From: a virus
Taxonomy: Duplodnaviria > Caudoviricetes
DNA length: 25,360 nt
IMG/VR virus record: IMGVR_UViG_3300033485_000076
Location: 1 to 25,360 of that record
Reading direction: 5' to 3' (one strand)
A model generated the notes under the pieces. The model was not told the DNA's origin, ran no database searches, and saw only the letters and a program-made list of their open reading frames with translations. How positions within the stretch are numbered: the first letter of the stretch is position 1; every line of letters begins with the position of its first letter. The position numbers and the translations under genes were made by a program. Below, in pieces: positions 24,086 to 25,360 of the stretch.

Positions 24086-24382
24086 CTATCGACGATGATT
24101 CTTTCCCCTGTTGAAGTTCACGACCCCGGGCGAATCTTCCTTGACCTCGACTGCGCCATCAGGAGCAACAGGACTCTCTTCCTCTGACGTGGGCTTCCAA
24201 TTGGCGGGCTCTGCGTGGACACCCGTTGCGGCCTCTGCTTTGGTCACAGCCACGCGGTCGACGAACTGCCTGGCGTACTTGCCGAGAACGCGGTCGGCAT
24301 CGGACCGGGACAACCCTGAGACCTCGCCGGCGTTGTGCCCGCAGTAGAAACAGGTCCACTCCACTTTGACCTCTTCGTCCAT
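24086..24382 (-). CDS. Hypothetical protein (98 aa) in the head module
   Basis: GAGGTG SD; HNAGEVSG motif; position after the decoration protein. Confidence 0.6.
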   Translation of the reverse strand: MDEEVKVEWTCFYCGHNAGEVSGLSRSDADRVLGKYARQFVDRVAVTKAEAATGVHAEPANWKPTSEEESPVAPDGAVEVKEDSPGVVNFNRGKNHRR

Positions 24383-24396
24383 GAAGCACCTCGATA

Positions 24397-24432
24397 ACCA
24401 TCCAGGGCAGCAACGATGCTGTCCTGGATGGT
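24397..24432. other. 16-bp-stem intergenic hairpin
   Basis: ACCATCCAGGGCAGCA-ACGA-TGCTGTCCTGGATGGT (one non-WC pair); no U-tract on the - strand. Confidence 0.7.
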
Positions 24433-24446
24433 CTCGTCATCCTTGC

Positions 24447-24935
24447 CTACGCCGCTTCGACGATTGCCGAGTATCCAGCGTTGACGTGCAGCGCGTTCGG
24501 GTTGCTCGGGGCCCCGCCGAGGATGATGCAGCCGCTCATATACTGGAGCGAGATCGTCTGCGCCCCGGCCTTGGTCACCTTCCCAGTGATGCGGATGTAC
24601 CGCTTCGCCGAAGACAGATCGACCGGCAGACAGAGCGTGCCATAGTTGGCCCCGTTGGCTGCCCAGGTGAAGACCCTGCTGTAGGTCTTCAGCGTCGCGA
24701 CAGTGCCCCAGCCTACCGCATCGTCGTGCTCGACCCTGAGTTCTACGGTCTGGGTGTCGCCTGCTCCGCCGCCGGCCGCCGTGTACTTGATCTGCAGAAC
24801 GGCCAGCGCGCTCTTGTGCGGATACGACAGGCGGTCCACCTGGATACCGTCCAGGTCCGTCGCGTCCACGGGAATTTGAGGATAGATGTACCCAACCACT
24901 CCGAGCAACTGGCTGGCAATGTCCTTCTCGTGCAT
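24447..24935 (-). CDS. Putative capsid decoration/cement protein
   Basis: Directly after the MCP; AGGAG SD; DGIQVDR...EHDD...KRYIRIT beta-sandwich pattern. Confidence 0.7.
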   Translation of the reverse strand: MHEKDIASQLLGVVGYIYPQIPVDATDLDGIQVDRLSYPHKSALAVLQIKYTAAGGGAGDTQTVELRVEHDDAVGWGTVATLKTYSRVFTWAANGANYGTLCLPVDLSSAKRYIRITGKVTKAGAQTISLQYMSGCIILGGAPSNPNALHVNAGYSAIVEAA

Positions 24936-25030
24936 GCTCTTTCTCCTAGTGAGCAGGGCGACTTGCGCCCCGCGTTCTTTTGTTCTGTCGATTCCTGGCT
25001 ATGGGCCCGTTCAATCAGTCTGGCCTACGC

Positions 25031-25360
25031 CTACTTGCCCCACTCGCAGTTCTGCAGGACCGCGATCTCCTGACCGCCGTGACGAGCCTGGAGGTCGGTG
25101 TCCAGCATGACGCGCATCACGGTCTCATTCTGCGAGATTCCGGAGTACACGGTGCCTCCGACGCTGTAGGCTCCGCCGTCGAACGTGTCGACCTTCATCG
25201 GGCCATCTTCGCCGAACAGGATCCGAGAGAAGTCTGCGAACGTGACCTCGGTCTGCCCGGTCCCAGTGAGGCCAGTCACGGGGATGAGCGAAGTGAATCG
25301 GAACGGGAAGCCAAACAGCATGCCCTTGTCCATCTCGTCTCGGAACTCTCGCAGGCCGAG
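25031..25360 (-). CDS. Major capsid protein, HK97 fold (C-terminal part; 5'-partial)
   Basis: Frame is open to the window end; LFGFPFRFTSLIP...FADFS...SQNETVMRV...D...RH. Confidence 0.85.
   Translation of the reverse strand, partial: LGLREFRDEMDKGMLFGFPFRFTSLIPVTGLTGTGQTEVTFADFSRILFGEDGPMKVDTFDGGAYSVGGTVYSGISQNETVMRVMLDTDLQARHGGQEIAVLQNCEWGK

Larger units (their letters stand above)
1..25360. mobile_element. Temperate siphovirus-like bacteriophage genome segment (attP form)
   Basis: Integrase plus attP, capsid, head-tail, tail tube, chaperone, tape measure and lysis genes. No tail sheath and no host housekeeping genes in the window. Confidence 0.95.

Overview
A 25.4-kb segment of a GC-rich temperate siphovirus-like phage, apparently in its non-integrated form, because attP is intact with phage genes on both sides. 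The left part (1-7945, + strand) is an early/accessory arm: a partial N6/N4 DNA methyltransferase, small Zn-binding ORFs, an Ead/Ea22-like protein, a tyrosine integrase with an in-frame N-terminal excisionase-like HTH, attP (3' end of a tRNA-Glu gene plus arm-type repeats), an XRE regulator, a divergent C5-MTase-like gene split by an in-frame TGA, DUF5131 (Gp37/Gp68), a lipoprotein and a stand-alone Fis-type HTH. Next comes a compact cassette: two palindromes, a perfect IHF site, a sigma54 (-24/-12) promoter, a near-leaderless small ORF, a type II hammerhead ribozyme and a second small ORF. The right part (8056-25360, - strand) is the late operon: end of an HK97-fold capsid gene, decoration and head-tail proteins, tail tube, chaperones with a -1 slippery site, tape measure, Dit/hub-like and C1q-like proteins, four consecutive signal-peptide-bearing proteins (one a 948-aa fibre-like protein), an amidase endolysin and a holin. 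The host is probably a high-GC, sigma54-rich Gram-negative such as Myxococcota or another deltaproteobacterium; this is inference only. All protein calls come from motif recognition by eye, not from database searches.
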